A stretch of DNA of 63,264 nt, the filler included, from Octopus bimaculoides (taxonomy: Eukaryota): NCBI RefSeq assembly GCF_001194135.2. It is 8 parts of 8 records of this genome, joined end to end, with 100 filler letters (N's around TTAATTAATTAA, not from the genome) between each part and the next. Parts side by side here need not be neighbours in the genome. Positions count along the whole stretch, not along the records: positions 61,645 to 63,264 come from NW_026311616.1; 7 more parts are not named here. One strand, 5' to 3'. Made by a program: the position numbers and the translations under genes. Under the pieces are notes generated by a model. That model was not told where the DNA came from. It ran no database searches and was given only the letters and a program-made list of their open reading frames with translations. Shown in pieces: positions 63,236-63,264 of this stretch (position 1 is its first letter; each line of letters starts with the position of its first letter).

Positions 63236-63264
63236 AGCTTCTAATGCTGGAGATGTACTACAGT

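Overview
Eukaryotic nuclear DNA that is AT-rich, dense in microsatellites, heavily gapped and dominated by repeats. It is most likely an octopod genome, inferred from the tRNA-SINE families and a nad1-trnP mitochondrial insert in cephalopod gene order. No host protein-coding gene could be identified; there are only two weak exon candidates. Seven TTAATTAATTAA linkers inside N-gaps suggest stitched pieces, so adjacency across them is not sequence-supported. Recognisable content: decayed Tc1/mariner elements (mariner, DD37D maT, MITEs), piggyBac and Chapaev3-like transposase scraps, Penelope-like elements (RT + GIY-YIG), a nested R4/Dong + Tx1 LINE cluster at 38-48 kb, an RTE-like scrap, several SINE families and a NUMT. 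The most interesting signal is a set of Penelope-type minimal type-I hammerhead ribozyme folds in at least four unrelated short non-coding repeats. One has an intact catalytic core (42624-42692). Two form a 147-bp palindrome (59025-59171). One lies in a tRNA-headed, SINE-like element bracketed by a 53-bp inverted tail (28670-29103), a candidate Pol III-driven, Penelope-mobilised retrozyme. All alignments and folds were done by eye; no database search or folding program was run.
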